From Chloroflexota bacterium (GTDB lineage: Bacteria > Chloroflexota > Anaerolineae > Anaerolineales > Anaerolineaceae): DNA of 64,000 nucleotides. Shown piece after piece: positions 1 through 9,579 of the stretch; position 1 is the first letter of the stretch, and each line of letters begins with the position of its first letter. The position numbers were made by a program, and so were the translations under genes. A model generated the notes under the pieces. That model searched no databases and was not told the origin of the DNA. It saw nothing but the letters and a program-made list of their open reading frames with translations. The DNA lies in NCBI GenBank assembly GCA_012522475.1, contig JAAYKH010000030.1, positions 22,063-86,062 on the forward strand, given 5' to 3'.

Positions 1-750
1 GTCTTTATGCGCCACCTGGGCATTCAGTGCTGCCAGTTCGGGTTTTTGTTTTAGCAAGGCAATGATCTCAGCGAGTGAAAACTCGGTTGAGGGCTCAAAA
101 TACTTATAAATCTGTTTAATCAAAGCAAAATCTTCAGGTGTATCCACCGTCAGGCGGTATTGACTTAAATCTGGTTCATGCTGAAACACCACAACCTTGA
201 AATACCCTTCTCGCTGATAGAAATAGGGCATGACATGTTCCCGTTCATGTTTTTGGTCAGCCTCGTGCCAGGCACGCGCCAGGTTATCAAGGTTCACCAC
301 CTCGGTATCCATACCGATTGGCGTGGTACGCTTCCAGGGTGGGGGCAGGCGGTTGGCAGCAAAATCAACTTCAGCAGCGAAAAAGCCGCTCACTGTCGAA
401 TCAATCATCCGGGGGTCAATCACAGGACAGTCCCCGGTCAGCCTGACAATCGTTTTAGCATGAAACAACTGAGCTGCCCGGAAATACCGGTCCAGCACAT
501 CGTATGGGTCACCGCGAAAATAAGGGATGCCAAACGCCCGGCATACTTCAGCCACCCGGTCATCTTCCGGGCTGATTGTGGTCGCCACAACAACTTGCCC
601 CAGGGTGTTTGCCCTTCGAGCACGAATCACCTGCTGCACAAGCATTGGCTTTCCACAGATATCCATCAAAACCTTACCGGGCAAACGGCTGGACCCCATG
701 CGCGCCTGGATAATGGCAACAACTGAGGGATCACGTTTTGATATAAACAT
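1..750 (-). CDS. SpsF/PseF-type CMP-nonulosonic acid cytidylyltransferase (3' end runs off window)
   Basis: Not in the ORF track; translated manually from ATG at 750: MFISKRDPSVVAIIQARMGSSRLPGKVL...RLTGDCPVIDP...REHVMPY...YRLTVDTPEDF, typical of the SpsF/NeuA family. Open to position 1. Confidence 0.9.
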   Translation of the reverse strand, partial: MFISKRDPSVVAIIQARMGSSRLPGKVLMDICGKPMLVQQVIRARRANTLGQVVVATTISPEDDRVAEVCRAFGIPYFRGDPYDVLDRYFRAAQLFHAKTIVRLTGDCPVIDPRMIDSTVSGFFAAEVDFAANRLPPPWKRTTPIGMDTEVVNLDNLARAWHEADQKHEREHVMPYFYQREGYFKVVVFQHEPDLSQYRLTVDTPEDFALIKQIYKYFEPSTEFSLAEIIALLKQKPELAALNAQVAHKD

Positions 751-757
751 CGAACCT

Positions 758-1420
758 TCACTCCAGATCTTCAACCCGCAAAGAAGCGACGATGGCATCG
801 TAATTAGAGAGCTGCCCGGTTACTTCCTGCTGATCAGCATTGAACGCTACCAGGTATAACACACCTGATTCTTTAAACACATATGCTACCTGGGTAAGCT
901 CCAGCCCGGCTTCATTGGTGAGGGTGATCCACCGTAAAGTGTCACGCCCGGCAATCGTCAACCGGGTTTCCTGGAGGATTTCAACATTGTATCCAATTAT
1001 CGGGCCCGCCAGGCTCGAAATCAGCCCTAAAGGCATGGCTGCGTAGGTCTCATTTTTGATGACGACAAAGCTGGTTGGAATGACTGCAGCAGTATCGGCA
1101 TCATAACCCCACACAAGAACATCCGCCTGAGTGCTTCCTAAAATTCCTCTCAGATCAGTATCAATAACATCGAGTTCTTCAACAAGGTCGGCCAGTTCAG
1201 CGATAGAGCCACCCACGTAATAAGAATCGGGCACATACAGGGTGATCGTTCCATCCTCAACAAGTCTCTTTTCCTCCCGGTAGCCTGCAGAGAGTGCAGT
1301 AACAGCGGGAACCTCTTCCGCCTGGCGCCGATATGGCAAATTACAGGCCATCCCGGCCAAAACCAATGCGAATATTACGAAAAGAAATGTATATTTTTTT
1401 ATCATTTTTCCGCTAATCAC
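758..1420 (-). CDS. Hypothetical lipoprotein
   Basis: Signal peptide with lipobox LAGMAC; no recognisable catalytic motif. Confidence 0.7.
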   Translation of the reverse strand: MISGKMIKKYTFLFVIFALVLAGMACNLPYRRQAEEVPAVTALSAGYREEKRLVEDGTITLYVPDSYYVGGSIAELADLVEELDVIDTDLRGILGSTQADVLVWGYDADTAAVIPTSFVVIKNETYAAMPLGLISSLAGPIIGYNVEILQETRLTIAGRDTLRWITLTNEAGLELTQVAYVFKESGVLYLVAFNADQQEVTGQLSNYDAIVASLRVEDLE

Positions 1421-1515
1421 AATTCTTCTTTGTTTGCCTGTATCAATTTACGTATTGCATTCTAATGCATTTGCACCTGTTTTGCTACAGACTTGTAATT
1501 ATCCTTTGCACATGA

Positions 1516-2619
1516 TTAACAGGCTGCTCTCCGGGCTAATTGATAGGCATCAAGTAATTTTGGGAAATTTAAAGTCCAATCTGCACGTTCTTCAGCCAGT
1601 TTCCTGGCACGCCTGCCATAAGCAGCCAGGTTCGAATCAGCAGCTAAAGCCAGGATTTTATCAGCCAGCGCATTTACATCGCCGGTGCTGAACAAATGGC
1701 CCACATCGCCGGGCCGGACCCATTCACGATTGCTGGGAATATCTGAAACCAGGGTCGGGCGTCCACAAGCCAGCGCTTCTAACAGGGAAACCGACGAGCC
1801 ATCACAGTGCGAAGCGCTGATAAATAGATCGCCAGCTCCATAAAAACCAGGTAAATCCTCCCGGGTGATTCGACCGGGAAAGTGCACGGCGTCGCCTACA
1901 GGCGCCAAAATCGCCCGAATTTGTTCAGATTGTGGGCCATCTCCAGCCAATAACAGTCTTAAATTGGGATTGCGCTGATAAGCCAGCACAAAGGCTTGCG
2001 CCAGTTCGTCAACGCCATAGGGGACAGACCAGGCACGGTTGCAAAAGAGAACAAAACCCTCTTCCCAGCCCAAAGACTGTCTAAGAGCCTGCCCGGCATT
2101 ATTTGCGTTCCGGGGTGAGAAATGATCTAAATCCACACCCCAGGGGAACAGGATCATTCGCTCATGCGGGAAGCCGTATCCAGCGGCTTGCTCAGCAACC
2201 GTCTGGCAGTCAGCGACCAGGACTGCGCTGCGTGCCAGAGCACAGCGTGTGGCCCATCGCATCCAGGGGCTGCGATCAGCATTACGCAGAAGGTCAAATC
2301 CCCAAGACATGCTTACCAGCGGTTGAAATTTCGCCAGTGCTGCTACTAAGGCCGGCCCCTGGATCGGTCCGGCATGGACCAAGTCTGGTTTTAAATCCAA
2401 CAGGATATCTTCCAGTTGTTTAATGCCTGCTTGCCAGCCATTCCAAAACGACCAATCTGGCTGATTGCCCCCCCAGGTTAATTCTTTAATTCCCTCAGGG
2501 GTCTTCGGTTGGCAGGTGTACATGCGCAGGCTGAACACCTGAAGTGTGGTTCCTGCCAGGGCGGATAAAAACCGTTGATCATGCGGACTATCCTGTGCCG
2601 TGAAGTAAAGAACCCGCAT
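1516..2619 (-). CDS. Glycosyltransferase family 4 (GT-B)
   Basis: C-terminal ADLFISASHCDGSSVSLLEALACGRP (E-x7-E-like) motif; SDIPSNREW. Confidence 0.9.
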   Translation of the reverse strand: MRVLYFTAQDSPHDQRFLSALAGTTLQVFSLRMYTCQPKTPEGIKELTWGGNQPDWSFWNGWQAGIKQLEDILLDLKPDLVHAGPIQGPALVAALAKFQPLVSMSWGFDLLRNADRSPWMRWATRCALARSAVLVADCQTVAEQAAGYGFPHERMILFPWGVDLDHFSPRNANNAGQALRQSLGWEEGFVLFCNRAWSVPYGVDELAQAFVLAYQRNPNLRLLLAGDGPQSEQIRAILAPVGDAVHFPGRITREDLPGFYGAGDLFISASHCDGSSVSLLEALACGRPTLVSDIPSNREWVRPGDVGHLFSTGDVNALADKILALAADSNLAAYGRRARKLAEERADWTLNFPKLLDAYQLARRAAC

Positions 2620-2661
2620 CAGATCTCAATCCTTTTGCTAAGCATGTCAAGGGTCGTTTGA

Positions 2662-3732
2662 CTACTCGCCAAATTGCGTCCATGACAAAGCCTGCCCGCC
2701 TGGTATGTGCACCAAAGCGGTTAACCCGATCACTTTGCCAATTTCATAAGGTAAAATCGCACCCGGTGTAGCTGGCCTGAGAATATCAATCATCTCTCGG
2801 GTTATGATCTCTCCCGGTTCGATTTCTCGGGCTGCCCGCAGGCAGCGTCGCTGGACAATGGCGGTCTCCTGCTCGTTAGCAGCAACAAACTTGTCCCCGG
2901 AGCCCATGGCGCGTTCAAGCTGACGGGTGGCTTTCACCATCGCATCCCAGGTTTCAGGGTTCATAGCAAAAGAATGATCCGGACCGACCCGGTCATTGTC
3001 ATCGGTGAAATGCTTTTCAATCACCCGCGCCCCCAGCGCCACCGCCCCTAGCACCGTCGCATGTCCATGTGTGTGATCCGATAGGCCCAATACAGCATCG
3101 GGGAACATGTTCCGGTAAGTATTGAGAACATTCAAGTGAATGCTATCGAAATTGCTATCTTCAGCAGTATAGTTGGTGTTACATTGCATCAATACCAGCT
3201 GTGGATTAATCTCTAAAATAGCATGTACCGCCCGCTGGACATCACCAATATCCGACGCACCAGTTGCCAGCAACACCGGTTTTCCTTTGCTGGCAATTCG
3301 CTCAACCGCTTCGATCCAGGTAATGTCGCCCGAGCCAATCTTATAAGCCGGCATATACGCATCCAGCCTATCGATAGCTTCAAAATCATAAGGCGACGAG
3401 AAATAATGAATCCCCACTTCATCACAGGTGGCTTTAAGTGCCGGCGTCCACTCAAAGGGAATTGAGGCATCTGCGTAAACTTCAGAAACCGACTTTTTCC
3501 ATTTGGCCTGATGAGAGACCTGGGCATTCATATGAGCAAAACCATAATCCGAAACGATCTTCTGTGCCTGGAAATTTTGAAACTTGGCAGCATCTGCACC
3601 AGCGTCTTTTGCCAAACGGATTAACAACTTGGCTCGTTCCAAACTGCCATCATGGTTGGCAGCAATATCGGCAATAAAATAGGTGGGGTGTGCCGCGCCT
3701 ATCAGGCGTTCAGCAATTTTCAGGTCCATCAT
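2662..3732 (-). CDS. N-acetylneuraminate/pseudaminate synthase family (NeuB/PseI/SpsE) with C-terminal SAF domain
   Basis: IADIAANHDG, AAKFQ, YKIGSGD, GLSDHT, IEKHFT motifs and SAF tail (RRCLRAAREI...LRP). Start placed after the GGAGG RBS. Confidence 0.93.
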   Translation of the reverse strand: MMDLKIAERLIGAAHPTYFIADIAANHDGSLERAKLLIRLAKDAGADAAKFQNFQAQKIVSDYGFAHMNAQVSHQAKWKKSVSEVYADASIPFEWTPALKATCDEVGIHYFSSPYDFEAIDRLDAYMPAYKIGSGDITWIEAVERIASKGKPVLLATGASDIGDVQRAVHAILEINPQLVLMQCNTNYTAEDSNFDSIHLNVLNTYRNMFPDAVLGLSDHTHGHATVLGAVALGARVIEKHFTDDNDRVGPDHSFAMNPETWDAMVKATRQLERAMGSGDKFVAANEQETAIVQRRCLRAAREIEPGEIITREMIDILRPATPGAILPYEIGKVIGLTALVHIPGGQALSWTQFGE

Positions 3733-3765
3733 GCCTCCCAATTAATGAATTGTTTTTTACCCTCA

Positions 3766-4683
3766 TCAAGCTGCAAATATTTGAAGTTTTCTCGGATAAC
3801 CTTCCTGCCAGCGCCGAAATAAACGTGCGATACCAGCGTTTATCGAGGGCAGCGGTCGACCAAGCGCAGCTTGAACTTTATCCGGGTTTAATGCCAGGTT
3901 TAAAGCACGAGGTGCGCCGCGTGTCAGTTCTTGCATCCGGACAGGCTCGATCAAATCAGTGCTGAAACCAAACTGTTCAGCAATCCGTAGGCCAAAATCA
4001 TATTTGCTTAAATGTTCCGGGCTGACCACATGAAAAAGACCCGACAGCTCAACCGCCAACATCTCCAACAGGATCTCTGCCAGGTCCTCCGTATACAGGG
4101 GGCTGAAATAGGTGTCCGTGAAACCTTTGATGGATTTTCCATCACGCAGGTTGTTGAAGAAAAATTCTGCCAGGCTGCGTTTTCCGGTCATGCTCCAACC
4201 AAAGAACACCACCCGGGCAATCACCGCATTAGGGTGCGCTTCATGAACGCGTTGTTCGCCTTCCAGATAAGTTTGGGCGTAAACGCTCAGGGGGTGGGTC
4301 GGCGCGTTTTCGTCATAGCCACCCGTAAAGCCATCAAAGACGGCATCTGTCGAAATATGGATCATTGGAATGCCCCAGCGTGCAGCAGCAGAAGCCAGTT
4401 CAGCGGGGACGTCCCGGTTCATCTGATGTGCCAGCTCGGGTTTGTTCTCTGCCAGGTTCAAATCGGCAATCGCCGCACAATGGATGATAGCTTCAGGCCT
4501 GGTTTTTTCAATCGTGACCAGTGCATCTGCTATTTTAAGCAGGTCGACAGAATAAGTATCAAACGGGACTTCACGCAGGTCATGTTGATTGGTTAAACCG
4601 CTTACCAGGTGGCCCTGGGCAGTCGCAACCAAGCAGAGATTCAAGCCCAAAAGTCCGCTGGCGCCCGTCACCAGCAAACGCAT
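3766..4683 (-). CDS. RmlD-like NAD(P)-dependent sugar-nucleotide 4-keto reductase (extended SDR)
   Basis: GASGLLG, IHISTDAVFDG, P-LSVYAQT. The usual YxxxK Lys reads as Y (YAQTYLEGE). Confidence 0.85.
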   Translation of the reverse strand: MRLLVTGASGLLGLNLCLVATAQGHLVSGLTNQHDLREVPFDTYSVDLLKIADALVTIEKTRPEAIIHCAAIADLNLAENKPELAHQMNRDVPAELASAAARWGIPMIHISTDAVFDGFTGGYDENAPTHPLSVYAQTYLEGEQRVHEAHPNAVIARVVFFGWSMTGKRSLAEFFFNNLRDGKSIKGFTDTYFSPLYTEDLAEILLEMLAVELSGLFHVVSPEHLSKYDFGLRIAEQFGFSTDLIEPVRMQELTRGAPRALNLALNPDKVQAALGRPLPSINAGIARLFRRWQEGYPRKLQIFAA

Positions 4684-4684
4684 A

Positions 4685-5689
4685 TTACAACTCCCCCAAA
4701 CTCAAACCAGTTTCGTTGCTGCTAACCATCGCCTGGATTTCTTCCACGGTCAGCCATTCGGTATTATTGTCACTGGCATAATGGACACCTTCTTCAAGTA
4801 GCGTTCCTTTTTTAGACCAGTCATAACCAAACCACAATGCAGCTTGCGGCTGAACCACATACATATCTTCCAGTTCAACCGTAGAGCGTGCTTCATCCTC
4901 CGAAATCAGCACTTCATGCAGTTTTTCACCCGGGCGTATGCCGATGTTGCGAACTTTCGCTTCCGGGGCAATAGCTTTGGCCAGGTCTGTCATCTTCATG
5001 CTGGGAATTTTAGGTACAAACACCTCACCGCCCTGCATCGTTTCAATGCAGCGGATCACAAACCGCACGCCCTGTTCAAGAGAAATCCAAAAACGGGTCA
5101 TGCGATCATCGGTAAGGGTGATTTCACCTTTTTCCCGCTGTTGGATGAATAACGGCACCACACTGCCTCGTGATCCGACAACATTGCCATAGCGTACACA
5201 GCTGAAACGTGTAGCACGACCGCCGGCATAAGCATTACTCTGAATCATCAACTTCTCGGCTGCCAGCTTGGTAGCGCCGTACAGATTAATCGGGTTAACA
5301 GCCTTATCCGTACTGAGCGCAAGGACTTTCTTAACCCCCGCATCAAGGGCTGCATCTACCACATTACTGCTTCCTAAAATATTTGTTTTAACGGCTTCCA
5401 TCGGGTTATATTCGCAGGCCGGCACCTGTTTGAGCGCTGCCGCGTGAACCACCAGGTCCACACCATTTAAGGCACGGTGCAAGCGGTCCAGATCACGTAC
5501 ATCACCAATAAAATAACGTAATTTAGGATGGTTAAACCCGGACATGCGCATCTCGTGCTGTTTGAGTTCATCTCGGCTGTAAATAATTAACCTGGCCGGG
5601 TTATATTCACTCATAATGACTTCAATAAATTTTTTGCCAAAAGAGCCCGTCCCACCGGTCACCAGTATGTGTTGCTTGGTCCAATCCAT
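4685..5689 (-). CDS. pseB: UDP-N-acetylglucosamine 4,6-dehydratase (inverting)
   Basis: GGTGSFG, IIYSRDELKQ, HAAALKQVPACEYNP, LSTDKAVNPINLYGATK, RYGNVVGSRGSV, MTRFWI, GIRPGEKLHE. Confidence 0.93.
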   Translation of the reverse strand: MDWTKQHILVTGGTGSFGKKFIEVIMSEYNPARLIIYSRDELKQHEMRMSGFNHPKLRYFIGDVRDLDRLHRALNGVDLVVHAAALKQVPACEYNPMEAVKTNILGSSNVVDAALDAGVKKVLALSTDKAVNPINLYGATKLAAEKLMIQSNAYAGGRATRFSCVRYGNVVGSRGSVVPLFIQQREKGEITLTDDRMTRFWISLEQGVRFVIRCIETMQGGEVFVPKIPSMKMTDLAKAIAPEAKVRNIGIRPGEKLHEVLISEDEARSTVELEDMYVVQPQAALWFGYDWSKKGTLLEEGVHYASDNNTEWLTVEEIQAMVSSNETGLSLGEL

Positions 5690-5717
5690 TATATTCTCCT
5701 GGAAGTTTTGCTAAAAA

Positions 5718-6641
5718 TTATACTTCAGATGCGTTTTTTAGCGCTCCCTCAGTCGGCTTGCTGATCAGGATCAGCGGATATTGCCCAATCCGGCCTAATA
5801 GCCTGGGAAAGCATTCTTCCAACCAAAAGATGATTTTCAGCCAGAACTTACCACCCCAATCCGGGTAAATCACAGATCGCAAGAAGGCCACACTGACACT
5901 CCGCCAGACCAGGATTTCAAAGGGTATCTTCTCGGAAAGCAGCTCGATCAAGCCGTCAGCGTCAAATTTCTCCACAAACGTCCCCGCTGGTGAAGGTGGT
6001 CCCACCGGCTGCGCTTTTTCAAGAGCTTTATCAGCCAAGTTCTCAGGCTCGATATCCTCAGCCCCTGCTTGATTGGCCCTTTCATCTCGCCAGGCTCGCA
6101 GACGCTTAATGTAATTCATAAATCTAGCCAGGCCAATCATCAAGGGTGCACGGGTCCAACCATCCACCACCACCATCTGCTGTCCAGGTTTTAGCACACG
6201 GTAAAGCCCCTCGAAAGCCATAAGCTTTTCCCCCAGGGGGACGTGATGAATCGTATGCAAAGCTGAAACACCATCAAAGATTTCCGATTCAAAGGGTAGG
6301 TGAGCGATATCGCCCACCACGTAAAATCCATGTGCGCCCACACGCTTGCGCGCTTCCCTGAGGGCAACAATCGAAATGTCCATGCAAACCCGCGTCCGGT
6401 AGCCTTCAGAATAAGTCAGGTATTCCGGGTATTGAACCGGTCCGGATCCCGCATCCAGATAATATATTCCCTTTTGAGCCAGGTGGCGTTTGACTCGCAT
6501 ATGACAGCGGTGCAGATATTCCTGTGAAACCGGGCGTAAATCCTCATATTGGGCATTCTGATACAGGGTTTCGCCAATGGATTGCCAGCCAACCCGGTTG
6601 TAAAATTCTCGCACAGTCTGTTTAATATGCTCTTCATTCAT
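5718..6641 (-). CDS. Class I SAM-dependent methyltransferase
   Basis: YLDAGSGP motif I, VGDIAHLPF, LHTIHH, YRVLKPG. Start trimmed to MNEEHIK. Confidence 0.85.
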   Translation of the reverse strand: MNEEHIKQTVREFYNRVGWQSIGETLYQNAQYEDLRPVSQEYLHRCHMRVKRHLAQKGIYYLDAGSGPVQYPEYLTYSEGYRTRVCMDISIVALREARKRVGAHGFYVVGDIAHLPFESEIFDGVSALHTIHHVPLGEKLMAFEGLYRVLKPGQQMVVVDGWTRAPLMIGLARFMNYIKRLRAWRDERANQAGAEDIEPENLADKALEKAQPVGPPSPAGTFVEKFDADGLIELLSEKIPFEILVWRSVSVAFLRSVIYPDWGGKFWLKIIFWLEECFPRLLGRIGQYPLILISKPTEGALKNASEV

Positions 6642-6699
6642 GTTGGAAGTAAATACCAGCTTTCTCAAAAAGTATTGGCCGATCGCACAAATCGTTCAT

Positions 6700-8283
6700 T
6701 CACCAGGTCAGTGGTACGCCGGTCAGAGCATCAAAGGTCTGGCCGTATTTTTGTTCACCTTCATCGCTCAACACATACACCATGGGGTAGGTGTGAATAT
6801 CCTTTTTCAAGTCCAAAAGATGCCAGGGAAAGGGCTTCGGGAAGGCAAAGAAAAACAAATAAGCATAACGCCAGGCCAGTTCAACCTGCTCCTGGTTCAA
6901 CCGGGCAGAGGAAAGATCGGCCAGTTTTTCGTCCAGGCTCGAAAAATACATCTCCCAGGTTTCAGGGTCCGTGGTAAACCCGCGGCTCCGGTAATGGGTT
7001 TTGCCAGCAACGATCACAGGGATACCAACCATGGCCGCTTCTAAGCCAACCGTGGTGGAATATACCAGCACCAAGCTGGCGATATCTAAAATATCATAGG
7101 TGTTGACCTTAGCCTGGGCTTCAACCAGGTGAAAATGCTCCGGAAACTCACCAACTGCTTTTTCAACAATGGAAGCCATAGAGGTACCATGCATTAACTG
7201 TTCACCTGGATGCAAACGAATAATTAGTTGTACATCATCACGATCTGAAAAATAACGCAAAGTGCGTACAACCCACTCCTTCATGCTATCGCTAAATTTC
7301 TGTCGCCCCAAGGTTAAACTGTCGCCAAGCACATTGGAAGCCAGCAAAACGATTGGGCGGTCATCAAGGTTGAGGGCTTTCTTCACAGCCGCGCTGCCCT
7401 GGGTGGCTGTTTCCTGCCACTGACGGGTGAAGTTCTGCCAGGTTTTCGAATTCACCCGGGCGGCATACAGGTCGCGCAATGGGTTCAATTGTGCCTCAGT
7501 CAGGGCATCCTTCCCACGTGCTGCCCAAAGTGCGTCTGTATTATTTTTCATGATCTCGGAATCCTGAGCCAGCCAAATACGTTCGCGCTGTTCACTGAAT
7601 TCGAAGGTCACCGTTTGCAAGCCCAAATTCTGTGCAACCTGGTAAACCATACCCATCTCCTGGATGCTGCCATTGGGGACAACAACCACATCAGGTTGAT
7701 AGGTCATCAGCCAGGCGCGTGCATTCAACGCGGCTTCCCGATTGCGCTTGACCCGCTCTTGAAAAAGCGGTTCTTGTTTGTCAATATCCTCCACCTGGAG
7801 TGCGTATTGAGCATCAAAAATACTCACCTGCTCAACAGCCTGTTCCAATTCTGGCGGTAAATGTTTCGAAAAAGGCTTGACATTCAAAAGCGACTGTACC
7901 TTTAAAACCCTGCCCGCCGGGCTGAGTACATCCCGAGCATAAAGGTTTTGGCGTCGCAGATCAAATCTATCAATTGGTTCATCCCAGCTGGCATAGGGCA
8001 TAAAGGACAGAGTCACCTGGTGGCCTCGTCCAGCCAAAGCAACACCCAGTAAAGCCGCATATTCAATCCAATAATGCAGGGTCGCAAAAATAAATACCTT
8101 ATTACCGGTTTCCCGCTGCTGGCGTGCTTCCTCAGCTTGTTGAACCGCTTCGGGGAGCACAGATTCCAAAAGGTTCAGTTTAAAATGTGCCTCCCAGGGC
8201 TTATGGCGCTGCACCAGGTGCCAGTAAAGTTCAGCTGTATAGGGCAGTTGCCCCAGTATTTTCTTAACACTGCACCGCTTCAT
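6700..8283 (-). CDS. Capsule polysaccharide biosynthesis-type protein (KpsS/Capsule_synth-like), candidate ulosonic-acid transferase
   Basis: C-terminal LASNVLGDS...IIRLHPGE...VYSTTVGLEAAMVGIPVIVAG pattern; located in the glycan operon. Confidence 0.6.
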   Translation of the reverse strand: MKRCSVKKILGQLPYTAELYWHLVQRHKPWEAHFKLNLLESVLPEAVQQAEEARQQRETGNKVFIFATLHYWIEYAALLGVALAGRGHQVTLSFMPYASWDEPIDRFDLRRQNLYARDVLSPAGRVLKVQSLLNVKPFSKHLPPELEQAVEQVSIFDAQYALQVEDIDKQEPLFQERVKRNREAALNARAWLMTYQPDVVVVPNGSIQEMGMVYQVAQNLGLQTVTFEFSEQRERIWLAQDSEIMKNNTDALWAARGKDALTEAQLNPLRDLYAARVNSKTWQNFTRQWQETATQGSAAVKKALNLDDRPIVLLASNVLGDSLTLGRQKFSDSMKEWVVRTLRYFSDRDDVQLIIRLHPGEQLMHGTSMASIVEKAVGEFPEHFHLVEAQAKVNTYDILDIASLVLVYSTTVGLEAAMVGIPVIVAGKTHYRSRGFTTDPETWEMYFSSLDEKLADLSSARLNQEQVELAWRYAYLFFFAFPKPFPWHLLDLKKDIHTYPMVYVLSDEGEQKYGQTFDALTGVPLTW

Positions 8284-8289
8284 CGTTAT

Positions 8290-9573
8290 TTATCTTTCAA
8301 CCTTCCCAATCTTCCATGCCAATTTTGGCCGAACCGGTCCAAGGCGTGGTTCAGGCCATTGCGTTCCAGGTGCGCCAGTAGCGTCTACAGTGAATGTAAG
8401 CGCCTTATCGTCCTGAAAATAGCGTTGAATACGATAAGTACTGGCGTTAACACCCAGTATGTAGCGGCCTTCATTCATTAAATCTGGCGGGATTTCACAA
8501 CGACTGATATAGCGTCCCGGGCCGCGGTTCACGTATCTGTCATACAACCGAGCATCGTCCGTATCAAAGCTGGTGAATACAAATTCACCCCGGGTGGTCA
8601 TCATATAAATGCCTACCCGTAATCCGCTGATCTCTTTAGTCAGCTGATAAACCAACTCGATTGAAAAGCCCTCTGCAGCGTTAACAGTATCGACCACTTC
8701 CCCAGCCGGGTTTAATACCCGCAGCGCCACAGGAACAAAGTCAGCGCCATGTAAAATATACGGGTCTTGGTCCCAGTAACGTTCACCTTGTTTTGTCAGC
8801 CCCATATTCAGGTAATGATCCACCGCATCAGGTGTTGGCGCGCGCATCACCATTTTCCCCTGATCAAGAACAATCGTCTCTTGCGTCAACCGCAGGATAG
8901 CAGACATATTATGGCTCACAAACAATACGGCACGGCCTTCCTGGGCCACATCACTCATCTTTCCCAGGCACTTGCGCTGAAATTCGGCATCGCCTACCGC
9001 CAACACTTCATCCACCACCAAAATTTCCGGTTCCAGGTGCGCAGCCACGGCAAAAGCCAACCGTAAATACATGCCGCTGGAGAAGCGCTTGACCGGCGTA
9101 TCGATAAATTTGGCAACTTCAGAAAATTCAACAATTTCGTCGAATTTGCGGTCGATCTCTTCTCGGCGCATACCGAGGATGGCGCCATTCAGGTAGATAT
9201 TCTCCCGACCGGAGAGTTCGGGGTGAAACCCCGTGCCCACCTCCAACAGCGAGCCCACCCGTCCGCGAATCTCGCCAAAGCCAAGCGTGGGATCAGTGAC
9301 CCGCGAGAGAATTTTCAGCAAGGTACTCTTGCCAGCGCCATTCCGACCCACAATGCCCAGCACCTGGCCGCGTTCAACCTCAAAACTGATGTCCTTCAAC
9401 GCCCAAATATACGAAGGGCTGTCATCACGTCCAGTGCTACGTCGTGTAAACAGCCGGCCCGCTCGCTTGACGCTGGTTGTCAGTACATCTCTCAACGTGT
9501 CGGGGCGCTCTTGCAACATCCCAATACGGTACTGTTTGGAGATATTTTCTAAACGAATAACAGGTTCAGGCAT
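8290..9573 (-). CDS. wzt: Polysaccharide ABC exporter ATP-binding subunit with C-terminal Wzt_C domain
   Basis: GRNGAGKST Walker A, LLEVGTGFHPELSGREN, FSSGMYLRLAFAVA, VVDEVLAVGD; extra C-terminal domain of ~170 aa. Confidence 0.93.
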   Translation of the reverse strand: MPEPVIRLENISKQYRIGMLQERPDTLRDVLTTSVKRAGRLFTRRSTGRDDSPSYIWALKDISFEVERGQVLGIVGRNGAGKSTLLKILSRVTDPTLGFGEIRGRVGSLLEVGTGFHPELSGRENIYLNGAILGMRREEIDRKFDEIVEFSEVAKFIDTPVKRFSSGMYLRLAFAVAAHLEPEILVVDEVLAVGDAEFQRKCLGKMSDVAQEGRAVLFVSHNMSAILRLTQETIVLDQGKMVMRAPTPDAVDHYLNMGLTKQGERYWDQDPYILHGADFVPVALRVLNPAGEVVDTVNAAEGFSIELVYQLTKEISGLRVGIYMMTTRGEFVFTSFDTDDARLYDRYVNRGPGRYISRCEIPPDLMNEGRYILGVNASTYRIQRYFQDDKALTFTVDATGAPGTQWPEPRLGPVRPKLAWKIGKVER

Positions 9574-9579
9574 AAATTC

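Noticed and set aside
178-726. 182-aa plus-strand ORF and the many other short antisense/overlapping ORFs in the track
   Set aside because: They are shadows of well-supported opposite-strand genes (here the cytidylyltransferase) and have no recognisable motifs.
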